Origin: Eubacteriales bacterium
GTDB lineage: Bacteria > Bacillota > Clostridia > Oscillospirales > UBA644
Direction: 5' to 3'
NCBI GenBank assembly: GCA_045535665.1
Contig: JAZSMD010000067.1
Location: 23,227-87,226 of the forward strand
Length of the DNA stretch: 64,000 nucleotides
Notes under the pieces: generated by a model
Seen by the model: the letters and a program-made list of their open reading frames with translations, nothing else
Told to the model about the DNA's origin: nothing
The model's database searches: none
Shown here: piece by piece, positions 26,693-36,704 of the stretch
How the letters are laid out: every line of letters starts with the position of its first letter
How positions within the stretch are numbered: the stretch's first letter is position 1
Made by a program: the position numbers and the translations under genes

Positions 26693-26725
26693 AAATAAAT
26701 GTTGAGATTAACCCAACATTTATTT
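26693..26725 (-). terminator. intrinsic terminator after clpC
   Basis: The stem AAATGTTGG / CCAACATTT is followed by ATTTTTG on the minus strand. Confidence 0.55.
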
Positions 26726-26736
26726 ATAAAAACCAT

Positions 26737-29163
26737 TTATTTAAAAACGATCTTCCCGTCTTCAGCGGAAGCCACAGCCGCACTGCCGTTAGTCAGAACA
26801 CCTTCAAGCATTTTTTCTGCAACTTTATCTTCAAGCATTGACTGGATAGCTCTTCTCAAAGGTCTTGCACCGTAGATAACGTCAAAGCCCTTTTCAGAAA
26901 GGAGTTCGATTGCGGAATCATCTACAGTAAGAGTTATTCCCATATCTGCAAGACGTTTTACCACAGAAGCGGTCATCTTCACAGCAATTTGCTTGATATC
27001 GTCCTTATTGAGCTGTTTAAACACAATTATGTCGTCAATTCTGTTAAGGAATTCCGGACGGAAATTACGTTTCAGCTCAGCCATAACGTCATTTCTGATG
27101 CTTTCTTGTGTCTTGGTAAAGCTTTCCTCTTCGGGAGCAAAACCAAATTTTTTCTGTTCTGTAATATTCTTTGCACCGATATTGCTTGTCATAACGATAA
27201 CGGTGTTTTTGAAGTCGATCTTTCTACCCTTTGCATCAGTAACCATACCGTCATCAAGTATCTGAAGCATTACGTTGAATACATCGGGATGAGCTTTTTC
27301 GATCTCATCAAAAAGGATTACAGAATAAGGTTTTCTGCGAACTTTTTCCGTAAGCTGTCCGCCATCCTCAAAGCCCACATATCCCGGAGGAGAACCGATA
27401 AGTCTTGAAACGGTGTGTTTTTCCATATATTCGGACATATCCACTCTGATGATAGAGTTTTCATCCCCAAACATGACTTCCGCAAGGGCTTTTGAAAGCT
27501 CTGTCTTACCGACACCAGTAGGACCGAGGAAAAGGAATGAACCCACAGGGCGTTTGGGGTCTTTAAGCCCTACCCTACCTCTTCTGATTGCCTTTGCAAC
27601 TGCTGTGACAGCTTCATCCTGACCAACAACACGTTTATGCAAGATTTCTTCCATATGAAGGAGTCTTTCACTTTCACCTGAGGCGATCTTGCTTACGGGG
27701 ATTCCCGTCTGCATGGAAACGATCTCTTCGATCTCATTTTCCGTAACCACAAGCTTTTCAGAGGACTTACTTTCAGCCCATTTTTTCTTCATTTCCTCAA
27801 GATCTGCAATCTTTTGCTTTTCCTCATCACGGAATTTTGCAGCATCTTCAAAATTCTGCGCCTTTACCGCATCTTCCTTTTTAGCGGAAATTACAGATAT
27901 CTCTTCTTCCATAGCCTTAAGGTCTGGAGGAGTTGTAAGATTTTTAATTCTCAACTTTGATGCAGCCTCATCCATAAGGTCAATGGCTTTATCGGGCAGG
28001 AATCTGTCCTGAATATAGCGTTTGCTCAATTTAACTGCAGCCTCTACAGCTTCATCTGTAATTTTAACCTTGTGATGAGCCTCATATTTATCTCTGATTC
28101 CCTTGAGTATCTTTACAGCATCCTCAGCGGACGGTTCATTTACAATAATGGGCTGAAAACGGCGTTCCAAAGCGGCATCTTTTTCAATATGCTTCTTATA
28201 TTCGTCCAAAGTTGTCGCACCGATGACCTGTATCTCGCCCCTTGCAAGAGAGGGCTTCAAAATATTTGCCGCGTCAACAGCGCCTTCCGCAGAACCTGCA
28301 CCAATGAGAACATGAAGCTCGTCAATAAAAAGAATCACGTTTCCGTTTTTGGTAACCTCGTCAATCGCATTCTTGATACGCTCCTCAAAATCACCTCTGT
28401 ATTTTGACCCTGCGATCATCGACGCAATATCAAGAGTTACAACTCTCTTTCCTTTAAGAGTTTCGGGAACAAGACCTTCAACAATATGTTGTGCAAGACC
28501 TTCAGCAATAGCTGTCTTACCCACACCTGGTTCACCGATAAGGCAAGGATTATTTTTAGTTCTGCGGCTGAGTATCTGAATTACTCTGTCGATCTCATCA
28601 CTTCTGCCTATTACGGGGTCGATCTTCCCCTCGGAAGCCATTTCCGTAAGATCTCTGCCGAAAGAGTCAAGAGTTGGGGTCGATCCCTTTTTATTCCCGC
28701 CGCTGACAGGGTTTTTCTTATCTCCGTTTGAGGGCTGAATATTCATTGCTTTCAATACGGAATTATAAATTTCTTTCGGATCAGCCGCTTCGCTTATAAT
28801 TCTCAACGCCTCACAGTCACGTTCTCTGAGCAATGCAATTAAAAGATGCTCTGTTCCGATAACCTTTCTGCCGGTCTGAGCCGCCTCTCTTGCACTCTGT
28901 TCAAGAATTCTTTTCATTCTCGGTGTAAGGTCATTACCCGAAACATTTGTGGGAGTTCCCGAACCTACGTTTTCGACTATTTTGTTTATAACATATTCTG
29001 CGGTAATATTATTTTCTTCAAGAACGGATGAAGCAACACAACCTTCCGTTTTTAAAAGACCCAAAAGAAGATGTTCCGTTCCTACATATGCGTGACCAAG
29101 CTGACGTGCAGCTTCCACAGAAAGATTCAAAGCTGTTGTGCCTTTATCTGAAAAATGATTCAT
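26737..29163 (-). CDS. clpC: ATP-dependent Clp protease ATP-binding subunit ClpC
   Basis: 808 aa. It has a Clp_N repeat ([10 protein letters not shown] twice), two AAA+ modules (GEPGVGKTA and GPTGVGKTE), and a UVR-like linker ([11 protein letters not shown]). Confidence 0.95.
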   Translation of the reverse strand: MNHFSDKGTTALNLSVEAARQLGHAYVGTEHLLLGLLKTEGCVASSVLEENNITAEYVINKIVENVGSGTPTNVSGNDLTPRMKRILEQSAREAAQTGRKVIGTEHLLIALLRERDCEALRIISEAADPKEIYNSVLKAMNIQPSNGDKKNPVSGGNKKGSTPTLDSFGRDLTEMASEGKIDPVIGRSDEIDRVIQILSRRTKNNPCLIGEPGVGKTAIAEGLAQHIVEGLVPETLKGKRVVTLDIASMIAGSKYRGDFEERIKNAIDEVTKNGNVILFIDELHVLIGAGSAEGAVDAANILKPSLARGEIQVIGATTLDEYKKHIEKDAALERRFQPIIVNEPSAEDAVKILKGIRDKYEAHHKVKITDEAVEAAVKLSKRYIQDRFLPDKAIDLMDEAASKLRIKNLTTPPDLKAMEEEISVISAKKEDAVKAQNFEDAAKFRDEEKQKIADLEEMKKKWAESKSSEKLVVTENEIEEIVSMQTGIPVSKIASGESERLLHMEEILHKRVVGQDEAVTAVAKAIRRGRVGLKDPKRPVGSFLFLGPTGVGKTELSKALAEVMFGDENSIIRVDMSEYMEKHTVSRLIGSPPGYVGFEDGGQLTEKVRRKPYSVILFDEIEKAHPDVFNVMLQILDDGMVTDAKGRKIDFKNTVIVMTSNIGAKNITEQKKFGFAPEEESFTKTQESIRNDVMAELKRNFRPEFLNRIDDIIVFKQLNKDDIKQIAVKMTASVVKRLADMGITLTVDDSAIELLSEKGFDVIYGARPLRRAIQSMLEDKVAEKMLEGVLTNGSAAVASAEDGKIVFK

Positions 29164-29201
29164 TATATAAAAACCTTCTTTCCTTAAACAAAAAATGATT
29201 A

Positions 29202-30164
29202 TTACGCAAGACTTCCTCTGATTATCTGAGCGCGTTTTATATCACGCTGATGAGGGTCATTTTCACCCAAGCTGTAGGGTTGAATTCTTACTAAAAGATT
29301 ATCGAGATTTCCAAGATCAAGCTTAAGAAGTCCCGCTTCAACACCGTAACGTACTTTTGAAATAAGATTTACGGCTTCCTTTGAAGAGATCGTTCTTGCG
29401 TTACTTAAAATACCGTAAGCTCTGAAAATTCTATCCTGAACTTCGATATTTTCTTTATACTTATCCCTTAGTGTTGTTTCGTTTTCTTCTATTTTTTCCA
29501 AAATTTCACCGAGACGCTCAAGAATTTCCTCTTCCGTAAGACCGATGGATATCTGATTTGAGATCTGATAAAGTCCACCTTCGGATCGGGTTCCTTCACC
29601 GTAAATACCCCTGACAGTAAAACCGTACTGACCAATAAGAGACAGCGTTTTATTTATAACTCCGCTGTCCGTCAAAGCAGGCAGATGAACAAGAACAGAG
29701 GCTCTCATTCCTGTGCCGAGATTTGTTGGACAATGCGTAAGGTATCCGAGTTCGGAACTGTATGCAAATTTCAATTCCTTATCAAGAGCAATATCTGTAT
29801 CCACAGCCCTTTTGAATGCCTTGTCAAGAGCATACCCTTTTTCAAAGGTTTGTATTCGCAAATGATCCTCTTCGTTGAGCATTATTGCAATACTTTTATC
29901 TTTTGAAAGCAGAAGTCCTGCGCCCTCTCTTTTATTTGCAAATTCGGGGCTGATAAGCCGTTCTTCCATTAAAGTCCCTGCCTGAGAAGTTGTCAATTGC
30001 ATTGCATCAATATAGTCAAGATTGGGGAAAAGACTTTTTGCAGTATCCTTTACTTTAAGCAAAAGCTCCTTTTTCTTTTCGGGGGAAAGCTTTGCGGGGA
30101 ATGGGGTCGATTCAAGATTTCTTGCAAATCTTATTCGTGTTGAAAGAATATTACTGCTGTTCAT
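29202..30164 (-). CDS. mcsB: protein arginine kinase McsB
   Basis: 320 aa. It has STRIRFARNL, NEEDHLRIQ and the phosphagen-kinase-like CPTNLGTGMRASV motif. It overlaps mcsA by 14 nt. Confidence 0.9.
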   Translation of the reverse strand: MNSSNILSTRIRFARNLESTPFPAKLSPEKKKELLLKVKDTAKSLFPNLDYIDAMQLTTSQAGTLMEERLISPEFANKREGAGLLLSKDKSIAIMLNEEDHLRIQTFEKGYALDKAFKRAVDTDIALDKELKFAYSSELGYLTHCPTNLGTGMRASVLVHLPALTDSGVINKTLSLIGQYGFTVRGIYGEGTRSEGGLYQISNQISIGLTEEEILERLGEILEKIEENETTLRDKYKENIEVQDRIFRAYGILSNARTISSKEAVNLISKVRYGVEAGLLKLDLGNLDNLLVRIQPYSLGENDPHQRDIKRAQIIRGSLA

Positions 30165-30672
30165 TTCCCTTTTCCTCCTTCAAAGCCTTTATCTGATCTC
30201 TGAGCTTAGCGGCTTCTTCAAAATTTTCGCACTTGATAGCGTTCTCAAGCTCTTTTCTGAGCTTTGCTTCAAGGTTTTCTTCTTTAACTTCCGGTTGAGC
30301 AACCTTTTTATCTTCGGTTTTTCCGTTTTCAAAACGCTGTGGGCATCTGCCTGTATGCTGTTTTGCCCCATTTATCTTTTTAAGAACAGCTGCAAGTTCA
30401 TTTCTGAAAGTTTCATAGCAATCGGGACAGCCAACCTTCCCCGTTTTGGAAATATTATAAAAAGTTGTTCCGCAACCGCATTTTTTCTGTTCACGTTCAG
30501 CTCTTACACGGAACTGACTCGGCATGAAGAAATCAAACAATGAAGATGACATCCCCCCCATATCAAGCTTTGCAGCACATTCGGAGCAGAGGTAGACCTC
30601 CTGAATATTGCCGTTGATATTCTGTTTAAAATATGTTGTAGCGTTATTTTTTTTGCAGTTTTCACATAACAT
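30151..30672 (-). CDS. mcsA: McsA, activator of protein arginine kinase (UVR-domain zinc-finger protein)
   Basis: 173 aa. It starts MLCENCKKNNAT...LCSECA (Cys4 fingers) and has the C-terminal UVR motif FEEAAKLRDQIKAL. Confidence 0.9.
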   Translation of the reverse strand: MLCENCKKNNATTYFKQNINGNIQEVYLCSECAAKLDMGGMSSSLFDFFMPSQFRVRAEREQKKCGCGTTFYNISKTGKVGCPDCYETFRNELAAVLKKINGAKQHTGRCPQRFENGKTEDKKVAQPEVKEENLEAKLRKELENAIKCENFEEAAKLRDQIKALKEEKGNEQQ

Positions 30673-30689
30673 GGTAAAATCATCCTTTC

Positions 30690-31139
30690 TTAAGCTCTCA
30701 TAAGTAAAGCTTTTGCCAAAGTGGCTCTTATTCTGTCACGTTGTGGCTGTTGTATCTCCGACAGAGTATTGTCGGAAACAGCCGCACTGACAAGATTAAA
30801 AACTTTTTCATCAATATATCCGTAATCATACATATTCTTTAAAAACACCTGAGCATCAAAAGCACTCAATGAAGAACCTATACTGTTAATTATATGCATG
30901 AGTTGGGTACTTCTGTCCGAATTTATTCTGCATATTCGGATGTAACCTCCCCCACCTCGTCGGCTCTCGATCCTGAATCCCTGTTCGGGGGTGAATCGCG
31001 AAGAAATAACGTAATTTATCTGACTTGGTACCACATTGAACTGTTGTGCAAGCTCATTTCTCTTCAATTCAACCTCGCCGTTTGCATCCTCAAGCATTTC
31101 CATTATAAATGCACTGATTATGTCACTTGCTCTCATACG
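30690..31139 (-). CDS. ctsR: class III stress gene repressor CtsR
   Basis: It has VPSQINYVISSRFTPEQGFRIESRRGGGGYIRI. The start is set at MRASDIISAF (ATG 31139), preceded by the GGAAAGGTGG RBS. The listed ORF start at 31160 has no RBS. Confidence 0.9.
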   Translation of the reverse strand, partial: RMRASDIISAFIMEMLEDANGEVELKRNELAQQFNVVPSQINYVISSRFTPEQGFRIESRRGGGGYIRICRINSDRSTQLMHIINSIGSSLSAFDAQVFLKNMYDYGYIDEKVFNLVSAAVSDNTLSEIQQPQRDRIRATLAKALLMRA

Positions 31140-31176
31140 CTTATCCACCTTTCCTGTCAAAGTTAGTTTTTTTGAC

Positions 31177-31193
31177 TTTGACTATCTTTGACC
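31177..31193 (-). promoter_or_regulatory. CtsR operator (heptad direct repeat)
   Basis: The minus strand reads GGTCAAA-GAT-AGTCAAA, an exact fit to the (A/G)GTCAAA-NAN-(A/G)GTCAAA consensus. A third GTCAAAA follows immediately. A TATAAT lies just upstream at 31205-31210. Confidence 0.85.
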
Positions 31194-31284
31194 TTTGTGA
31201 CTATATTATACACCCTAATTACGGCAGAGTTGTGACAAATCGTTTTTCAAATTCAATCATTTTCAATTTTAAATAAAAAGAAGC

Positions 31285-31316
31285 GAAAAAACCCTTTCTT
31301 TATAAAAAGAGTTTTT
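31285..31316 (-). terminator. probable terminator after the P-type ATPase gene
   Basis: The minus strand reads AAAAACTCTTT-TTATAAAG-AAAGGGTTTTTT (core CUCUUU/AAAGGG followed by a U-run). Confidence 0.45.
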
Positions 31317-31329
31317 CACTTCAAAAAAA

Positions 31330-33207
31330 TCATAACTTCTTAACAAACAGAGCCCTTATGGAATTGAGAACCGCAATAACCATGACTCCAACATCTGCAA
31401 AAACCGCAAGCCACATATCAGCATACCCTAATGCACCTAAAATAAGACAAATAAACTTTATTCCAATGGCAAAAACTATATTCTGATATACAATGCTCAT
31501 TACTTTACGCGCAATCATTATGGACTTTGAAACCTTAAGGGGATCATCATCCATTAAAACAACATCCGCAGATTCAATAGCAGCATCAGACCCTATCGCC
31601 CCCATTGCAATACCGACATCCGCTCTGGAAAGTACGGGAGCATCGTTTATACCATCGCCTACAAACACCAATGAACCTTTTTTATCTTTCAGTAGGTTTT
31701 CCACAATTTCAACTTTTTCATCGGGCAAAAGCTCACTGAAATATTCGTCAAGTCCAAGATTTTCGGAAACAGCTTTAGCAACATCAGCACTGTCACCTGT
31801 AAGCATGACAGTTTTGGTGATACCGCTGTTTTTCAAAGACTTTATCGCCTGTACAGATGTACTTTTTACAACGTCAGAAATCACGATATGCCCCAAATAT
31901 TTCCTGTCAAAAGCAACGTGAACAACTGTTCCCACAGATACAGGCTCTTTATAAGTTATACCCACGGACATCATCAGCTTAGAATTACCAACAGCAACAG
32001 ATTTTCCGTCTATTTCGCAACAGATACCGCCTCCGCTGACCTCCTGTATATTTTTAACCTTAGAAAAATCCGCTTTCTTACCGTATTTTTTACAAATACT
32101 CAAAGCTATCGGATGCTTTGAAGAGCTCTCTGCCAATGCGGCAATTTCAAAAAGCTCATTTTCATTTCCGTTTTCGGCATAAAAATCCGTAACTTCAAAA
32201 ACACCCTTAGTCAAAGTGCCTGTTTTATCAAAAACTACAGTATCTGCTTTTGCAAGAACTTCAAAATAATTCGACCCTTTTATGAGAATTCCCGAATTAC
32301 TCGCGCCGCCTATACCCGCAAAAAAGCTGAGGGGAATACTTATGACCAAAGCACAGGGACAACTGATTACAAGGAAAGTCAATGCTCTGTATATCCAATC
32401 ACCGAACTCGGGAGAAAGTCCCATGAAAAGAAGTCTGACCAAAGGTGGAACAATTGCAAGAATCAAGGCTGATATACAAACAACAGGCGTATAAATACGG
32501 GCAAATTTACTTATAAAAGCTTCAGACCTTGACTTTCGGGAGCTTGCATTTTCAACCATATCAAGGATTTTTGAAACGGTCGATTCTCCGAATTCCTTTG
32601 TTGTTCTGATTTTCAAAAGTCCCGTCATATTTATACAGCCGCTTATGACAAAATCCCCAACAGAAACACTTTTAGGTACACTTTCACCTGTCAGCGCAAC
32701 AGTATCAAGGGAAGACTCCCCTTCCGCAACAACACCGTCTATGGGAATCTTCTCACCGGGATATACAGTTATGACCGAGCCTGTAAGGACTTCATCGGGA
32801 CCAACCTTTACGATCTCCCCAGCAATTTCCACATTTGCATAATCGGGACGGATATCCATAAGTTGAGTAATGTTTTTACGGCTCTTTCCTACTGCATAAC
32901 TCTGGAAAAACTCACCTATCTGATAAAAAAGCATTACGGCAACGGCTTCGTTATAATCCCCCGTACGGGTTGCAGCTATGACATATGCACCTACAGTAGC
33001 TATTGCCATAAGGAAATTTTCATCTAAAACCTGACCTTGTATGATACCCAAAAACGCATTTTTTAAAATGTCATGACCTATAACAAAATACGGAATAATA
33101 TAAATGAAGAATTTCCAAATTCCACCAACGGGAATAAGATTCGCAGCAACAAGCAGTACAGCGGAAACAATTATCCTCACAAGCCACTTTTTCTGTTTTC
33201 GTGTCAT
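31330..33207 (-). CDS. heavy-metal translocating P1B-type ATPase (Cd/Zn/Co type)
   Basis: 625 aa with TGES, the CPC motif (SCPCALVISIP), DKTGTLT, GDGINDAP and a TM6 ADVGV. It has no fused N-terminal HMA domain. Confidence 0.9.
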   Translation of the reverse strand: MTRKQKKWLVRIIVSAVLLVAANLIPVGGIWKFFIYIIPYFVIGHDILKNAFLGIIQGQVLDENFLMAIATVGAYVIAATRTGDYNEAVAVMLFYQIGEFFQSYAVGKSRKNITQLMDIRPDYANVEIAGEIVKVGPDEVLTGSVITVYPGEKIPIDGVVAEGESSLDTVALTGESVPKSVSVGDFVISGCINMTGLLKIRTTKEFGESTVSKILDMVENASSRKSRSEAFISKFARIYTPVVCISALILAIVPPLVRLLFMGLSPEFGDWIYRALTFLVISCPCALVISIPLSFFAGIGGASNSGILIKGSNYFEVLAKADTVVFDKTGTLTKGVFEVTDFYAENGNENELFEIAALAESSSKHPIALSICKKYGKKADFSKVKNIQEVSGGGICCEIDGKSVAVGNSKLMMSVGITYKEPVSVGTVVHVAFDRKYLGHIVISDVVKSTSVQAIKSLKNSGITKTVMLTGDSADVAKAVSENLGLDEYFSELLPDEKVEIVENLLKDKKGSLVFVGDGINDAPVLSRADVGIAMGAIGSDAAIESADVVLMDDDPLKVSKSIMIARKVMSIVYQNIVFAIGIKFICLILGALGYADMWLAVFADVGVMVIAVLNSIRALFVKKL

Positions 33208-33219
33208 ATTGAAACCTTC

Positions 33220-33438
33220 TTAAAAATAAATCTCACAATCGGGCTCTATTTTTCTGCAGGCTTTTAAAACTTCAGCCATTACCTTTTTAACGTCAGCACT
33301 ATCTTCAAACTCGACATTCATTTTCAAAGCCATAAAATTCACAGAAGCACTTTTTACTCCCGAAATTTTATTTGCGGCAACCTCCATTTTGTTTGCGCAG
33401 TTTGCACAATCGACCTCGATCTTATAAATTTTGTTCAT
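33220..33438 (-). CDS. heavy-metal-associated (HMA) domain metallochaperone
   Basis: 72 aa with the metal-binding motif DCANCANKME (CxxC). It lies 12 nt upstream of the ATPase gene and has the RBS AAGGGAGAAA. Confidence 0.8.
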   Translation of the reverse strand: MNKIYKIEVDCANCANKMEVAANKISGVKSASVNFMALKMNVEFEDSADVKKVMAEVLKACRKIEPDCEIYF

Positions 33439-33462
33439 AATGTTTCTCCCTTTCGATTAAAC

Positions 33463-33482
33463 GATTAAACAGTTGTTTAATC
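33463..33482. promoter_or_regulatory. 9-2-9 inverted repeat, candidate ArsR/SmtB operator
   Basis: GATTAAACA-GT-TGTTTAATC has perfect arms. It starts 2 nt downstream of the -10 of the ATPase-operon promoter. The half-site CGATTAAAC is also directly repeated just outside it. Confidence 0.55.
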
Positions 33483-33484
33483 GT

Positions 33485-33513
33485 ATTATAACACAAAAAT
33501 ATTCTATTGTCAA
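33485..33513 (-). promoter_or_regulatory. sigma-A promoter of the HMA-ATPase operon
   Basis: The minus strand reads TTGACA, a 17-nt spacer ending TGT, then TATAAT. Confidence 0.65.
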
Positions 33514-33584
33514 TAGGACAGATGAGATTTCTTTCAAGTTTCGCAAAAGTTTACAGTTAGACACTTTATTTAAGTTGAGATTTA

Positions 33585-33593
33585 TGATATAAT
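33585..33593 (+). promoter_or_regulatory. extended -10 element (TGATATAAT) upstream of the ArsR-family gene
   Basis: TGaTATAAT lies 43 nt upstream of the TTG start. No good -35 is visible. Confidence 0.4.
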
Positions 33594-33635
33594 TATAAGA
33601 AGAATAATATTCGGGCGAAGAAAGAAGGTTTACCC

Positions 33636-34004
33636 TTGTCACACGGAGATTTACCCCATGACCACGGCAAGAAAACAGCAGAAGTCTTTGATAAAATGCC
33701 TCAGGACAGCAGTTTTGAAACTGTTGCCGATCTTTTTGACCTGCTGAGAGATAAAAACAGACTGAAAATACTCTGGATCCTCTTTCATTGCGAAGATTGC
33801 GTTATCAATATATCAGCAATGATGGAAATGTCAAGTCCTGCAGTATCCCATCACCTTAAGATACTTAAAACTTCAGGGCTTATTGTAAGTCGCCGTGAAG
33901 GCAAAGAGGTTTACTATAAAGCAGCAGAAACAGAGCAGGTAAAAATGTTGCACGACACGGTAGAATCACTTATGGCAATTATCTGCCCAATAAATAAAGA
34001 TTAA
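33636..34004 (+). CDS. ArsR/SmtB family metalloregulator
   Basis: 122 aa. The winged HTH is RLKILWILFHCEDCVINISAMMEMSSPAVSHHLKILKTSGLIVSRREGKEVYY. The N-terminus is His-rich (HGDLPHDHG). The start codon is TTG, preceded by an AAGAAGG RBS. Confidence 0.8.
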   Translation: MSHGDLPHDHGKKTAEVFDKMPQDSSFETVADLFDLLRDKNRLKILWILFHCEDCVINISAMMEMSSPAVSHHLKILKTSGLIVSRREGKEVYYKAAETEQVKMLHDTVESLMAIICPINKD

Positions 34005-34020
34005 AAAGGAGTAAAAACCA

Positions 34021-35028
34021 ATGCTTAACGATTTCAGAGGTGAAGTTTGGATAAACACCCATGAAGATATCCTTAATGCAATAATAAAAGCAAATACTGA
34101 ACCCGTTGACGGAGGATACAGCGTTGAATCCTACGCAGAAAAGGCTACGGAGCTGATGCAGCAAAATTTTACAGATAAAATATATACAACCTTTGCGATG
34201 AACGGAACTGCCGCAAATATAATCGCATTAAAAGCAATGCTTGACCGTTGGGACAGCATCATATGTGCCGAACAGACACACGTTCATACATATGAAGCAG
34301 GAGCTTTTGAATATAACCTCGGAAATAAGATTTTAACAATTCCCTCCCCTGACGGAAAAATAACCGTTGAACTCATAGAAGAATTGAAAAAACAGCATAT
34401 AAATCATAAATATCTGCCCAAAGTAATCACTTTGGCTCAACCTACTGAATTCGGAACAGTATACACTCCCGATGAACTCAAGGCTATCTGTGATTACGCA
34501 CACGAAAACGGAATGTACGTTTATCTCGACGGTGCAAGACTTTTCACAGCAATTGCATCTCTCGACACAGACATCAGAACAATGATAGAATATCCCGATA
34601 TTGACGCTTTCACCTTCGGAGGCACGAAAGCAGGTGCAATGTTCGGTGAAATGGTTATTTTCAGAAGAAAAGAATTTGCACGAAATCTGACTTACTCACA
34701 AAAGCAGTCTCTGCAGCATCTTTCAAAATCAAAATTCCTCAGCGTTCAGCTCGTAGAGCTTTTGAGAGACGGACTTTGGTTCAAGCACGGAAAGATCGCC
34801 ACAGATATGGCAAAGCTTCTGGAGAAAAAGCTTGCGGAAAAAGGTATCAAAACAGCATATAAAGTCCAGTCAAACTTGCTTTTCTGTATAATTGACCACG
34901 AAACGGTTGCCCGCATTACAAAAGAATACTCGCTCCACTATTGGGAAGAGGATAAAGAAGTAATACGCCTTGTAACCACCCATTTAACAACAGAAGAGCA
35001 GATAGACCATCTTATTTCATTGATATAA
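34021..35028 (+). CDS. threonine aldolase / beta-eliminating lyase family PLP enzyme
   Basis: 335 aa with NGTAANIIALKA, a YLDGARL motif, and the PLP-lysine motif FGGTKAGAMFGE. Confidence 0.7.
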   Translation: MLNDFRGEVWINTHEDILNAIIKANTEPVDGGYSVESYAEKATELMQQNFTDKIYTTFAMNGTAANIIALKAMLDRWDSIICAEQTHVHTYEAGAFEYNLGNKILTIPSPDGKITVELIEELKKQHINHKYLPKVITLAQPTEFGTVYTPDELKAICDYAHENGMYVYLDGARLFTAIASLDTDIRTMIEYPDIDAFTFGGTKAGAMFGEMVIFRRKEFARNLTYSQKQSLQHLSKSKFLSVQLVELLRDGLWFKHGKIATDMAKLLEKKLAEKGIKTAYKVQSNLLFCIIDHETVARITKEYSLHYWEEDKEVIRLVTTHLTTEEQIDHLISLI

Positions 35029-35042
35029 CAGAGACAAAATTT

Positions 35043-36698
35043 ATGTATATTAAAGACTTTAATTTTGATTCCAATAAAATCACGGTATACAAAGACCGCT
35101 TTGAAATGACCCAAGAAGGAGTTACCGTATTTTCTTTTCCCATTCAATGCCGTATACCAACAAGTGAAAACTCCGATAAGGATATGTTTTTAAGAGACCC
35201 TACGGTAACAGAAACAGATGACGGTTTCCGCTTTGAATGGATTGCCGCAAGTGAGCTCTGGCATAAAAAAATCTATATATTGGATATTTTCCAAAACTGT
35301 TTCTATTTCAGAGTCAAGGTTTACGGAAACGGAAACCCCGAAGCGATTCAGTTTTTTATGGGTGCTCACGACAGCAGTTATCCCGGCTCAAAATATGAAG
35401 TTGCGGGATATGCACTTCCCGAAGCCGCAAATTTTGACAGAGAACGAATGACAAGGTTCATAAACCACGACTGCAATATAGGAATGGGGTTCATGACTCC
35501 ACCGCCCTTTGTATATCCATTCTGGACAGTCGGCATAAAAGGCTGGACGGGAATCGGACTTATTGCAAGAAAATGTCAGTATAACTTCAACAGATTTTTA
35601 TATAAAAACCACAACAACCGCTGTCATTTTGAAATAACGCTTGACGGAAAGACAGAAGTCCGCGGTGAATGGGAGTCCCAAGGTATTTGGGGCGGATTTG
35701 CCGAAAGCGATACGGATGCAGTAAAGAAATACGCAGAATTCAACTACGAAAAAGGCTTCTGTGTCAGAGGGAAAGAAGAAAAATACCGTTGGTGGAAAGG
35801 TCCAATATACTGCGGTTGGGGCGATCAGGTTGAAACAGGCGGTCCACAGATGAATATTGACCATAAAGATGCCGCTTGTCAGCAGTTCTATGAAAAAATG
35901 AGTGACCGATTGGATGAGCTTGACCTTCATCCCACGGTAATGATAATAGACGATAAATGGCAAGGCAAATACGGTGAGCTGTTGCCCGACCAGAAAAAAT
36001 GGCATGACATGAGAGCATTTACAGAGGCTCAACATGCAAAGGGCAGAAAAGTTGTACTTTGGGTAAAGGTCTGGAACTCCGAAGGACTTGATGCAGACGA
36101 ATGTTTAACTCTCGAACAGCAACCCTACGCCGCAGACCCCACAAATCCCAAATATCAAAAAAGACTTTATGAAACTGTGCGAAAACTGCTTTCATCGGAA
36201 GAAGGATGCTTCAACTGCGACGGATTCAAGCTTGATTTTGTCAACTGTATTTTCATGAACAGAAATATTTCCACTTACGAAAAAGGCGTTTACGGTATAG
36301 AGCTTGTAAAACGAATGATGGAGCTGTTCTACAATGCCGCAAAAGCAGTAAAACCCGATGCTCTTATCAACAACAGCTGTTCCCACCCTTATTTTGCGGA
36401 AATTACAGATCAGGTACGAATCCACGATTACAGAGACAGTATGCGTTCCATGATGCCCGTAATGCAATACAGATGCGAAATGTTCCATGCGGCAATGCCC
36501 CATGCACTTATAGATACAGACTCTTCCAACCGTTCAAATTACAGAGAAGCAAAGGAATACTGTCTCAGAGCAGTAGAATTGGGTATTCCCGATATTTATA
36601 TGGTCGGAAACTCCCGTGAATTCAGCTTTACGGAGGAAGATTGGGCAGATATCCGCAAAGTATGGGAAGAATATTCCGAAAAAATCAAAAAGGAGTAA
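35043..36698 (+). CDS. putative glycoside hydrolase, alpha-galactosidase-like TIM barrel (clan GH-D-like)
   Basis: 551 aa with no signal peptide. MIIDDKWQGKYGELLPD resembles the IDDGW motif of melibiases, and DGFKLDF resembles the nucleophile K-x-D motif. This is a weak assignment made by eye. Confidence 0.4.
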   Translation: MYIKDFNFDSNKITVYKDRFEMTQEGVTVFSFPIQCRIPTSENSDKDMFLRDPTVTETDDGFRFEWIAASELWHKKIYILDIFQNCFYFRVKVYGNGNPEAIQFFMGAHDSSYPGSKYEVAGYALPEAANFDRERMTRFINHDCNIGMGFMTPPPFVYPFWTVGIKGWTGIGLIARKCQYNFNRFLYKNHNNRCHFEITLDGKTEVRGEWESQGIWGGFAESDTDAVKKYAEFNYEKGFCVRGKEEKYRWWKGPIYCGWGDQVETGGPQMNIDHKDAACQQFYEKMSDRLDELDLHPTVMIIDDKWQGKYGELLPDQKKWHDMRAFTEAQHAKGRKVVLWVKVWNSEGLDADECLTLEQQPYAADPTNPKYQKRLYETVRKLLSSEEGCFNCDGFKLDFVNCIFMNRNISTYEKGVYGIELVKRMMELFYNAAKAVKPDALINNSCSHPYFAEITDQVRIHDYRDSMRSMMPVMQYRCEMFHAAMPHALIDTDSSNRSNYREAKEYCLRAVELGIPDIYMVGNSREFSFTEEDWADIRKVWEEYSEKIKKE

Positions 36699-36704
36699 AA
36701 CAAA

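Noticed and set aside
29202-30164. McsB appears ~40 aa shorter at the N-terminus than my recollection of B. subtilis McsB, raising the possibility of a truncation or frameshift
   Set aside because: The ORF starts within the 14-nt overlap with mcsA, as expected for coupled genes. All core kinase motifs are present, and no upstream in-frame extension exists. This is most likely natural length variation.
30022-30543. 173-aa plus-strand ORF antisense to mcsB/mcsA
   Set aside because: It is embedded in the canonical ctsR-mcsA-mcsB-clpC operon, has a low-complexity Phe/Ser/Leu-rich translation, and lacks an RBS.
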